DNA of 64,000 bases from Auanema rhodensis (taxonomy: Eukaryota; Animalia; Nematoda): assembly GCA_964057225.1 (NCBI GenBank), contig OZ059898.1, forward strand, positions 12,958,001 to 13,022,000, in the 5' to 3' direction. Below are positions 37,181-48,341 of the stretch, piece by piece (the stretch's first letter is position 1; every line of letters starts with the position of its first letter). The translations under genes were made by a program, and so were the position numbers. The notes beneath the pieces are model-generated. The model was not told where the DNA came from and searched no databases. It saw only the letters and a program-made list of their open reading frames with translations.

Positions 37181-39616
37181 TCATAGAGTCTCTCTACGAT
37201 ATGGATGTACATCATATGTAAGGAACTGTTCAGGATGCTTCACCAACACGTGCATGTATAAAGAAGGTAAGTGGTAAAAGTTATGCATACACTGAAATAA
37301 AAATAATTAAAGAAAAGAAATAAAAATAGTATTACAATTTTGCAATATTCTCTTAACCCGTGGAAATCATAATGAAGATCAAATAAGTTTGCCGTAGAAA
37401 ATGTGAGACCACAACGTTCGCAATCCAAACCATTTTTGTATCTAAGAAAGTCATGTACTTATAACTTGAATAGAAATCTTACTGATTTTCTTGACGGAAA
37501 CCGTCTTCAATCAAAACACGCAGCTCAGCTTCTGTACATAACGGCTCATAGAAAAACTTCAATCTTTCAAATGATTCCATTGCATAAACGTGAGCAAGTA
37601 AAGGTATACAACATTCTTAAATTTAATGATTAGAAGAGAGAAAAAAAAATTCTCTACCATATTTAGTGATCAAACAATGGACAGATTCCATAAATTTGGG
37701 ATTTACATCGGCACCAACCAACTGGGTAAAAGTTCTGAAGAATTCGCCTTGTCTCATATATGAACTCCATCCATGTACAAGAATAAACTAAAATAGATGT
37801 GGGTTTCCCAGACTAGAAAAATAGGGAAACTCACGAATCTAGCTTTGGTCATATCACCCCAGGCGAATTTAGTTCTGGTAGCTTCAGCCATTCTAATATA
37901 ACTTTGAGACATGACAAACTTAATAAGTTTAGTAATATAAAACCACTGATCCTAAAAATAAATAAATAAATAAAAAATGAAAAGAAATAAGAGAGCAACC
38001 CTGAAATTCTTCCATTCTTCAGTAGTAATTTCAGGATCATTTGAAGTAACGTGTCGTTGAAGAATTCCAAATAAATCATTAAATGTCTTTTCAGCTTCTT
38101 CCATCTGTTCTCTGATTTTAGAACTTGTAATAATTTGTTTCTTTGGTGAGAGCAATTTTGGCTCTTTTGTCTTAGGATCGATGATATACTGATTGTTCAA
38201 AATAATAGTAGCTTCGCTAGATAGTCTAGTAGTCATTGTTCTGACCACTTCACTTGGATCAAACTCTTAAATAATTTTCATGCCTTATAAAGTAAAAACA
38301 TAACACAAATTTAACCAACCATCTTTAAATATAATAGCTCCATATCCACGGAATGCACTAATAACTTCGTGAACTCGCTGTGGTATTGGCAAAGTATGGC
38401 ACACAAAATCAGGTAAAGGATCTAAGTAAATAAGGTAAACAACTCAGAGTAAAAAGCCTACCATATGCATTTACAGGGGCCTTCAAAAGAACGTGTTCAA
38501 GTAAAGTACCAAACATTTCGGCATCGCTCTTATTCTTAGCTGGGAAGAATGGATTGAGCTCTGAAATCGTCGATGTCGTCGATATCACATATTTATATAT
38601 ACCTTGTGGTAAAAGGGATGTAATATCAAACTTATGAAAAAAAGGAGGCATCGGTACATTTACTAAAACATCATAGTTATGATTTAACAGTTATTCGAAC
38701 GACTTACACATGCACAGAGTTGAACAGAGTGGTAATGGAGCTTCGTCAAGAATCATGCTTAAACTCGGTTCATTATTTTTAAAGCATTAAACATTTTTAC
38801 GATAGTCTGCCTCCGTTTCGCACAATTCCAGATCTCCTGAAGTCTTCATCAGTCAAGTCCTCCTCCGTCAGATATTCAACAGCAAAGTTGGGAAGGTCGG
38901 TAATAATCGGCTCGAGTAAGAATGTTCGAATAGCTTCGGTCTCCAACTCTTTATAAACATGTTCAGGAATTGTTCCACGCCTGAAATATTTAACAATTAA
39001 GGTTGGACTATATATTTCATACATGGGATGGGGTGGTCGGAAAATTGCAGGAGCTTCGTTGACAGCCATCTGCGAGGAACCAGCTTGATCTGTTCTATTG
39101 CTGCAATTATTAAAATATCACAATTTCATAGGACTGTCTACCTTGCTGCTCGATTAGGTGTCCCCCTAGAGCGACCACCTCCACGAGAAGATCCTCTTCC
39201 ACCTCTTCCTCTAGAAGGTGCTCGTCCTGCACTTCCTCTTGAACTACCTACTCCAGCATTAGAACCACGCGGTCTGCCTCTCGGAGTCGATGGCTGATGT
39301 TTCCCAGGACTTGATTGCCCTTTAGTCGCACCACTTCTTTTTTTAGCAGCTATATTTGCTCGTACGGACTATAAAGAAAATAATTTTCAAATTAGGAAAG
39401 CGAGCATACATCTGTTCGCCCAGCTTTTTGAGGTTCATATGAATCATCACTTGTTCTATCTGATTGGGGACTGTCCGACTCCCTTGGGTCAACTTGCATC
39501 CTACAATTATTCAACACATTATCTACAGGAAATGAAAAAAACATTTCTGGCTCAGTTTCCATCTCAACATCCGGTTGTTCGTATTCGTCAGCACTGCCAG
39601 CTGAAGTACTCGCCAT
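37181..39616 (-). CDS. Putative chromatin/DNA-binding protein: acidic N-terminus, AT-hook, RGG tract, unrecognised central domain and two C-terminal C2H2 zinc fingers
   Basis: About 14 exons join in frame: MASTSAGSADEYEQ...; STPRGRPRGS (AT-hook); RGRGGRGSSRGGGRSRG; C-terminal CERCGLTFSTANLFDLHYDFH and CKI|CMHNFYHLPSLYMHVLVKH; stop TGA at 37183-37181. Confidence 0.85.
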
Positions 39617-40515
39617 AACAAAAACTCAAATTCTGTAATTAGTAATTAACATGAAACAGGCTTTTCCGATACTATGCAATGATACAAGAAAAAAATAAAA
39701 TCTATCAAGCCATAGCAGAATATGCTTTATGCTTCAAAAAAAGAAGAATAACAAAAAACTCATTAACAGATATCAATTAAACGCATTGAAAATAACAGAA
39801 AGACAAAAAAAAACAATTAAAATATGGATGCGTTTCTTGGACCGTAACTACAAAACTTTGTATCCACGCCTTTAAACTTATTGATTGTGAAATATTTCTC
39901 GAGTTCACTAAAATACAACCCTTTACTTTAGAACTTAATAAGTTTGATATAATTTATACGCAACCAGACTTCAAATTTATAAATTTGCAATTGTTAGATA
40001 GATTATTTTATGAAAAAAAGTAAAAGTGTGAACCTTCAGTTGATATATCTCGAAATCTACTACAAGTTCAACTTATAATAGCTTGGAAGCTTTGTCTTCC
40101 CAGAAAACAGATAAAAGGGTAACTGAAACCTGAACGCTTATAAAAATAAAAATGAAGTAATTTAACTTACAAATTCAAAAAAAAATAGGAATAGAGTATG
40201 CGTACATTATATGCATAATAAAGCAAAACAACTGATCAGTATTTGGGTTCTGTGAGGTGTTCCAATATGGCGGAAACTCCTATAACTCGTTTTTTTATAT
40301 AAATATAGTAACATAAACCTACAACATTTTTCTTCTCAAAAAATTGTAAAAATAATTCAGTTACAATAAATTCTTCGAAGAAAAAGGTATATGTTAATGT
40401 ATGTTCTAGTTTAGATATTTGTACCTGTAATTTTGGTTAAAAATTTAAATTATAAGAAATTGGTAACGTACATCAGATCATTTTCAATTTAACAACTTAT
40501 CGAAGATTATATTAG

Positions 40516-42009
40516 TCAAGAGGAATAAGGAAATTTTATTCTTCTACGTCCTCTCCCTGAAATTGAGAAAGGTATAGAAGATTATTAGATCAAAAAAGAA
40601 TTATATCAGCACAGTGTATACAACCGCATCACAGTTATTAAGATTGTTAAATAAGGTCCACATAAGTAAATAAGTATAATTTATCACTAACATTTTCAAT
40701 ACCATCAAAGCATTTTCGCAAATAAAGATCCCAATCTGGCTCACGCCAGCATGGCTCGTTTTCAGCAATGTTGAAGGTAACTTTTTCAGACATCTCAATT
40801 AAATTATTAATTACTATTCATACCATATTACTTACCCCAATATTCATATTAAGAGGATGGACGATATATGTCAGACATTCAGGTTTATTGGCAGGCATAG
40901 GTAAAGGGTACATCCTTCTTGGGTCAATTTCATACATGCTCTCGTCTCTTTTCATCGCCTCTTTCCACTCGTATAAAAAAATATAGTCTAGCGCATGTCT
41001 TCGATCTTGTCCAATACCATCAACATGCAGTGGCAACAAATCTCCGATTTTATACCTGGCACTCATTCTAGGTTCATATTGTTTTATAGCAAGAGCCTGG
41101 GCCAAAGCTTTTTTAGTTTTGAAATCTGGAATTTTTTTTCTAACTGCTTTTGAAGTCTCTGCGTGTAGAAAATTGTTTTCAACATTGTCTTCATCCTTGT
41201 TAACTTCGTCTTCATCCTTTTCAACTTTGTCCTTATCTTCTTTAACCTTGTTCTTATCATTTTTCACTTCGTCCTCATCGTTCGTCATTTGGGCTTCATC
41301 ATTTTTCACGTCCACCTCCCTTTCTTCTACTTCGGCTTCATCATTTTTCACTTCCTCCTCCGTTTCTTCCACTTCGTCTTCGGTATAGTTCTCACTTTCT
41401 GAATCGTTATCTTGTGACTCATTTTCTTCTTCTATATATTCATCGCCGCTATCATCGATATCGTTGTCATCTTCACTATGAATATTTTCCGAATAGCTAT
41501 CTTCAGTATCGTAATTTGGTCGCATTTCATGGTCCCTATTGCGATAACTTCGCAGCCTTGCATTCCTCGATCTAGTAGATATACTTCTTGCAGTTTGGTT
41601 AGAGTTTCTTGTATTTCTAGAACTTCTAGATTCTCTACCTCGAATTGAAGCAGTACTTTGTCTATTAATTCTATTAAGATAGTTATAAAAGCTATCTGAA
41701 GAAATAGATGTTTCCCCACCAGGAGCAAGAACACTTCTATTTGTCGGCCTCAAGAATACATATTAATTTCATATCGGAATTAATTTGTACCTTACTCCTC
41801 TACCACGACCACTTGTGAACTGAATGCCTGGATTATCACCAGGTAACGTATAAATTTCTATTTAGAAGAAGATTAATGTTAATAACATAATTAACAATAC
41901 CGGTGTTGTTAAGGTACGAAAACCTTGAAATTGTTTCAAACGTTGCAGGAGTTATGAAAGGATTAGCGGTATAACTTGAAAGATTTGAAGGCGGTTTTCT
42001 TCGAGACAT
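40516..42009 (-). CDS. Orphan protein with Arg/Ser-rich region, long acidic tract with 7-aa repeats and a C-terminal globular region
   Basis: tttcag-GAATT-ATG at 42009 (MSRRKPPSNLSSYTANPFITP). Large exon 41750-~40835 includes EVKNDE-type heptads; then MSEKVTFNIAENEPCWREPDWDLYLRKCFD and a predicted last exon GRGRRRIKFPYSS*. The 3' end is less certain. Confidence 0.75.
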
Positions 42010-42331
42010 AATTCCTGAAAAAAAATGAGTGAAAGATACGAAAATTGTACTGTCTAAGATAATTGAAGAATTCAAATAAAATGAGATAAATCAAACTCTA
42101 CACTATTATATATTGATAAGATACACTTTTTTTAAACTCTTGCAAAACTCTTGTATGATCTCCCACTTATTTCATTTCTAAGAAAAGTTCAATTTTAGAA
42201 GTCAAATTTTGCGCAAAGCCCGCCTCTAGAAGGAAAAGGATAGTCACGCTAATTTACGTATTGCAAAATTTTAAATACGTCCGCGTACTAATAAGCTTAT
42301 AATAGTTCGTTTCAACTAGATAAGTTGAAAA
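42010..42331. promoter_or_regulatory. Short bidirectional promoter region
   Basis: 322 bp between divergent ATGs (42009 minus, 42332 plus), with local CG-rich motifs TTTGCGCAAA, GCCCGCC and TACGTCCGCGTA. Confidence 0.55.
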
Positions 42332-43826
42332 ATGGTTAGTCTCTTTTCCTGTTTATCAATAGTTTACATATCTATCTTTAGACAAGCAAATTAGAAGAAA
42401 AGCTTGAGAACTGCATTTCTCGTAAGGAGTATTATGAAGCTCATCAAATTTATCGTACCTTGTATTACCGAATGCTTTCATCGAAAAAGTATACTCCTCT
42501 TTTGAATTTATTATTCGACGGATCTTGTAAATTAATGACTGGTTAGTTCTCACTAACGTTTTCAAAAAAAATATACATCTTTAAAACTTCAGTAAATGAG
42601 TACCAAAGCGCCGCAGATTTATCTGATTTATTCATTGATGTTTTATCCAAATCTAACACTGCTCCTTCGGAAATAGTGTTCACTAGATTGGAAAAGGTTC
42701 GTACCCGCTTGCATTCCCTAAATGAAGTAGTTTTCAGTTATTGGAGCTTCACCTACAAGCCGAAAAATCTGCTCCTCAAACAGAGAGTGATACCAAACGT
42801 TTTTGTCAAGGGCGCGACAAATTTATTAGTGATGCTTTGAGATGGTACGCATACTTTTTTATTACCTAATAATAATTTATATTTTAGGTCCCAACTTCAT
42901 GCAGTTAAGCCAAGAGAAAAAAAGAATGGATTATCAATTCTTCACCAAAAAATCGGCCAATTATTATGGAAATATGATGATTGCGAAGCTGCCCGAGTTC
43001 ATTTACTGGTTTCGGAGAACACTGAAGTAAATTATAAAAACATTAAAAAAATTAAATACTTGTTCAGCTTTTTGCTGATTTCCTAATTAAAATTCACGAA
43101 AAATATGGAGCACCTGAGGAACACGACCTTTTCGTTGCATTGGCAGTATTACAGGTATTTTTCGGTCTCGAAACGTAAAATTTCATAATATGTCTAGTTA
43201 TTATGTTTACGACGTGCCAAAACAGCTTGGAATGTTTTCTCATTTTATACGAAAAATCACCCTGTAGGTTATGGTGAATTACCATGCAGTTATCCATTAA
43301 TTAACTTCCTATGGCTTCTACTGCTTGCAGTTCCAAAGAGAAAGGTATTTTTGTAGAATACAAACTGTAATTAACTGTATTGTTACAGTCAATGACGTTC
43401 TGCGATTTGGTTCTAAAATATGAGCCATCTTTGAATCGTGACTCAGCCTACAGACCTCTGATTGATAAGATTGGACAAGTCTTTTTCAATGTACCATCTC
43501 CATCAGGGGGAGGATTACTCGGAAATATGTTGAAAGGTTTGATTAGTTTTAGTGTTCTACTGAAACGATAACTTTATTTCTGTAGGACTTCTTGGTGGCG
43601 ATAAAAAAAGTGAAGAAGAATCCTTCACTTCTTCCGATGTTGAATTTGAACCAAACGATGTTGCTATGGATGTTGGTTTATTTTTATTTTCCTCTCAAAA
43701 TATTACACACTTCAGGGAGAAGAGGATGGATATACCACTGCTGATGAAGAAGAAAATCAAAATCCGCAGCCTTCGTCTTCTAAACCTTCTGCTCATGTCG
43801 TAGACCAAATGGACGATTTAGACTGA
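42332..43826 (+). CDS. GET4: GET4/TRC35 (Golgi-to-ER traffic protein 4; CEE homologue)
   Basis: ATG|TSKLEEKLENCISRKEYYEAHQIYRTLYYRM (GET4 signature YEAHQxYRTL), EYQSAADL, ARVHLL, DLFVALAVLQ, YPLINFLWLLL, YEPSLNRD...IDKIGQVFF, GGGLLGNMLKGLLG, then an acidic tail ending MDDLD*. Confidence 0.92.
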
Positions 43827-44011
43827 TTTGTATATTTGTTTATATATCTCCATTTTCCTCTTTTCATGTTCATTTTTCATCAGATGACAGCGAAAGTTCT
43901 TTTTTATATGAAAAAATGATTATAACTAACTTTGGATGTTTTTGAGTTTATGCTCTTTATTTGCCGGTTCTGGATATAGTTTTGGTATTAAATTGATTTA
44001 TAGAAACTAAA

Positions 44012-44918
44012 ATGAAATTAGGTGATGCTTTTCCCGATTTTAAGGCCACTACAAACCGTGGAGAAATTCCAAGTTTCTACGAACTTAAGGGAAAAAAGTA
44101 TATCTTATGAGGTTACAATAACATGAATTTAAGTTATATATTCTAGTTGGGCTATCATCTTCTCCCATCCCGCTGATTTCACTCCTGTATGCACAACTGA
44201 ATTAGCTAGAGCAGCTCAATTGAGTTCAGAATTTGAAAAAAGAAGTGTCATGATGTTAGCAATTAGTTGCGATTCTGCTCAAATGCATCGTGACTGGATT
44301 AAAGACATCGTTTCCTATGCGAATGACCCTAGTGTTCAAGGTACTCTATTCTACTTCCGTTGCTTTACCAATAATGAAATTTAGAGGATAAATTCCCATT
44401 CGAAATAATTGCTGACGAAGAGAGAGAACTGGCTACTCAGCTGGAGATGTTGGATCCTAATGAGCTGAATAAAGACGGTATTCCTCTTACTGCTCGAGCT
44501 GTCTTCATCGTTGGCCCTGAGAATGATCTAAGAGCTTCTATTCTCTACCCAGCAACAACCGGAAGAAACTTCGAGTAAGGATGAGCAGTAAGAATATATT
44601 AGTTTTCGCTTTTAGTGAAATCCTGAGACTCGTGGACTCGCTCCAATTAACTCAACGCCATCCAGTACTACATTAGTTATTCAACTCATAGCTAACTTCA
44701 ACGTTTTCAGATTGCGACACCTGAAAACTGGAAAAATGGAGGTGACTGCGTTGCCCAGCCCAGCCTTACCGATGAAAAGGTTCAATAAATTTTCAGAAAA
44801 TCATAATATTTTACTTGTCCAGGTGAAAGATATCTTCGGGAAAGATAATGTGAAATTTATCGAATTGCCCAGTGGAAAGCACTACTTGCGCACTGTTCCC
44901 CAACCTCAGGGGCAGTAA
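44012..44918 (+). CDS. prdx-6: 1-Cys peroxiredoxin (peroxiredoxin-6)
   Basis: [10 protein letters not shown]...[23 protein letters not shown]...[14 protein letters not shown]...[11 protein letters not shown]...[12 protein letters not shown]...[11 protein letters not shown]...[17 protein letters not shown]. Confidence 0.97.
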
Positions 44919-47242
44919 ATCTTTAAACCGCATTCTACCAAAACCGGTATCTTTCTAGCACAATATTGTACTGGATTTGTTTTTGTTATTTTGTTTAAGA
45001 TTTTATTTGAAGAAAATGCTATTTTCTATAATAAATTTCAATTTGTTTAAATGGTGTTCATTTTCCCAAGAGATTGGTCCGCTGAAAGTTACATGCACTA
45101 AAAATTGGAATCACATAGTCTCTTCCTTGCCTTGTCCCAACTTGTGGGTCTTCCATGTTCTTGAAAATTGGATTTTGCTTCAAAACACTACAATCAACCA
45201 CTCGTTTCGTCTGTGCACGTGTAAATGATATATATTTTTCCTTTTGCCGCTGTATTCAAAGTTCTACGCAAGCAGTGTGAGAGGCAAAAAGTTTTTTTTA
45301 TCCCGATGTGTTTTCTTGTTTCCAGAATTTCGTGAAAGCATGATAAATTATTGATGAAATATGAAGTTTGATTGTTTGCGAGAAGTATTTGTCGCTTCCA
45401 TGAACCTCTAAGATTCTTCGTTTTGCTGTTGTTTTCCATAAGAACTTAGTTTTTTGGCAAAGCGTTTAAACAAGAGAAGCCTAATACCGCTCATAGTATA
45501 ATCTGAATGTCAGAAATGAAAAAAAAGGAAAGAAATGATAGCAGGAAATAGGGAGAATGAAAACGAATAAAGAGATAGAGAGAGATATTGGAGGACGGAT
45601 GAAGTAGGTCTTGGAGACAAGAACTTCAAACAGAACAAATGTCATATATTCACATGTTAAGCTAATCGTCATCATGTTGATACGTCTCTCTTATAGGTTT
45701 TATGAGTTGTTTTCAAAAGCCTGAAGCTCGTCATGCTGAAAGCTACTTCCTTTTGAAGTAGGTCCTTCTCAAAATCCATACATTCGAAAAACATATAACT
45801 ATACTATATCTAGAGAGATATAAAATTAAAAGTTTCTTTTTTAACATATATATTTTCAATATTTTCATATTTTAAGCTAACATTTTTCTGCTGTGAAGTC
45901 ATAAATCTCACGGGATTCAACAATTCTTAGGTTTCGTCTAAAGTCGCTCCTCGTCAAAACCAGTCATTCTTGAAGACTTTGTCAATACATGAGACGAGCA
46001 TAAGTCTCCTTTGATTTAAAAAAATTAGTTTTCTCTCATGCAAATCATTCTTTTCTTCCAATCGTCTCTTTTTGCTTTGCCGCCCTATTTTTCTATTTCT
46101 CCCTCCCTTTCTACCTCTCTCACACGTTCTTGGACTATCATCAGAATTAGTCTCATCATTGGCCTAGTTTATTTTTTATTTTTGCTTTCACCTACCCCCT
46201 AAGGCATATGATTAATGATGACTATTTATGGGTCTTCCTTCATGCCAACTAGCTGAAAAGAAGAAAAAGAATATACATTCATGATATTCTATATTCTCTT
46301 TATCTTTTTCTTCTTCATTAATAGAAAAACAGCGACGTTTTGTTATGAAGAACAAATTATTTCTGGTAACAAAACTAATACTCTGCTATGAAAATATCAA
46401 GAATAGCTTCTCTTTCAAGATATCCTTGTCGTGTCCTGAAGAAGCAACAGCTGAATTAAGCTTTAAGTTTAACATTCATAGCCTTCTTTCAATTTAACTC
46501 TAATTTACATGCATATACTAAAAGTATAGTTGTTGAATGATTTAACACAAAAGGTTTTGGGCTTTAATTCCTGAACATTGGTGTATCGTGGTCAGACTTC
46601 ATTGATAATGCTTAATGCTTCATCCTAATTTCCGCTTAGTTTTCAAAATAAAATTTTTGCTTCGTTTCCGTTCTATGTATCTTTCCTTATTTTCGTGCGA
46701 GCTTTATGATATATGTCAGCAATTTCTCAAATTCTCATCATACTCACATATACAACTCAAGTTCATCAGCAGCTGTATATCGGTTTCAACTAAAAATTTT
46801 CTTTACTTCTGTTATTTGGTGTCCAACTTTTCTTTTTTTCTTCAATTTTCTACATCGTTGGTTTCTCTGAAGTTCATATGAGCTCTTCTGGTGGACCTAC
46901 ATATATATATATATATATATGTACATAGAGTGTATGAGATGTGAGACTAAAACTGAGAACGAAGAAAGAACTTGAAGTAACTTCCTGATTTTTTTCAAAA
47001 ATCTAAAAACTCCAATTACATCTCAAACTTTCTTCTTTTTTTTTTAAAAAATATATTTTTAATATCCCTTTAATAATATACTTATCCAGATTAAATATCT
47101 TTTCTCTAATTTCTGATATATTTGTACAATTTGAAGGCTTTCAGTAGATACATACATAGCTGTCTGCAGATATTTCTCTTTCTATCTCTTTTTCTCTCTT
47201 TTCTCTCTTTCTCACAATGTTTTCATTTCCTTTAATTTCCAG

Positions 47243-47490
47243 ATGAAAATATTTATAATTGTTCTTTTAACTTTGGTCGATATGGTTATGGGCTACTTTT
47301 TCTTTGGAGCACATTCTGAGCTATATCGAGGCTTACAACACAAGTATGTCTTATCTTGTAACCAGCAGTAAATGCTTTTTATCAAACCTAAAGTTGAACT
47401 TACTAACTTGTTTTTTTCAGTGTTGCACCCTATCAAGTCAATGTTAACGATGAATCATATAGAATTCTTAATAATTCTGGAGCTCGATGA
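47243..47490 (+). CDS. Small secreted peptide (56 aa, two exons)
   Basis: ttccag-ATG; MKIFIIVLLTLVDMVMGYFFFGAHSELYRGLQH|NVAPYQVNVNDESYRILNNSGAR*; intron 47344-47420 reads gtatgt...tttttcag; AATAAA at 47531. Confidence 0.7.
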
Positions 47491-47615
47491 CGTCAATATT
47501 CAAATACTTGTAACAAACATAGATGTTTTTAATAAAAAGTTTATTTTATAATTTTGTTTGTAAAATAATGAAAAGGGGAATGAATATAAGGTAAGACAAT
47601 CAAGATATTTTTCTT

Positions 47616-48341
47616 CTACCCCATAGATCCATGATCTGTATAATACATGGTTTTGTTACAAGAACAAGCATAAATATATTTGACTTCTTCAGGACAGAAA
47701 GACATTTCGAATACTTTGATACCTGTAGAACTTTTGTGAATTGTGTTCGAATCTTCAAGTTGAAAGAATGGAGCAGTATTTCGACTTACGGTGCTCCACT
47801 AAAAAATTTTTTATGTTTTACAACAAAATTATCTTACATACCGAAATCTTCCTTCCTGGATATGCTTCGAAAGAGTGATGATAAAATCCAATATTTTTTT
47901 CAACATAACCAGTTGTGTTTGCACGAATATTACTAGGTGAGAATGAAACCTACAATGTATTAATGTTTTATGAAATTAAAACATATTTTTAAAATTAATT
48001 TAATAATAATAATGAATATTAATGTAATATACTTACAATTCCATTGTTATATTTCAGTTCAATCTTTAACTTTTCATTGACAGCATACTTTAAAGTATAT
48101 CTAAAATAGAATTTTTAAAAGTGAAGATCATTTTGAACTTCGAAAATACTTTAAACTTCTTGATTTACTGTAATTGCCAATGATATAAAAGAACATACAG
48201 TCTGATCTTACTCTTGTTGGTATAAGCTGAAAATTTCAGTTCTCAATCAATCGTTAATTGTCTTTTTTTACTTACAGGAACTCTACATGGTTGCACATAT
48301 TGTGGAAGAAATAAGAGAAGAATAGTAATTAGTAAATTCAT
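47616..48341 (-). CDS. Small secreted protein (~150 aa, 6 exons), family unknown
   Basis: MNLLITILLLFLPQYVQPCRVP|LIPTRVRSDCMFFYIIGNYSKSRSL|KYTLKYAVNEKLKIELKYNNGI|VSFSPSNIRANTTGYVEKNIGFYHHSFEAYPGRKIS|WSTVSRNTAPFFQLEDSNTIHKSST|EVKYIYACSCNKTMYYTDHGSMG*; all junctions are GT-AG and in frame. Confidence 0.75.

Noticed and set aside
39028-39297. Plus-strand Pro-rich ORF (and 41119-41388 Ser-rich ORF)
   Set aside because: Antisense shadows of the RGG exon and the acidic exon of the minus-strand genes
45060-45510. Exon-like minus-strand segments after prdx-6 (RQKEKYISFTRAQTKRVVDC...)
   Set aside because: No consistent start or in-frame exon chain could be built
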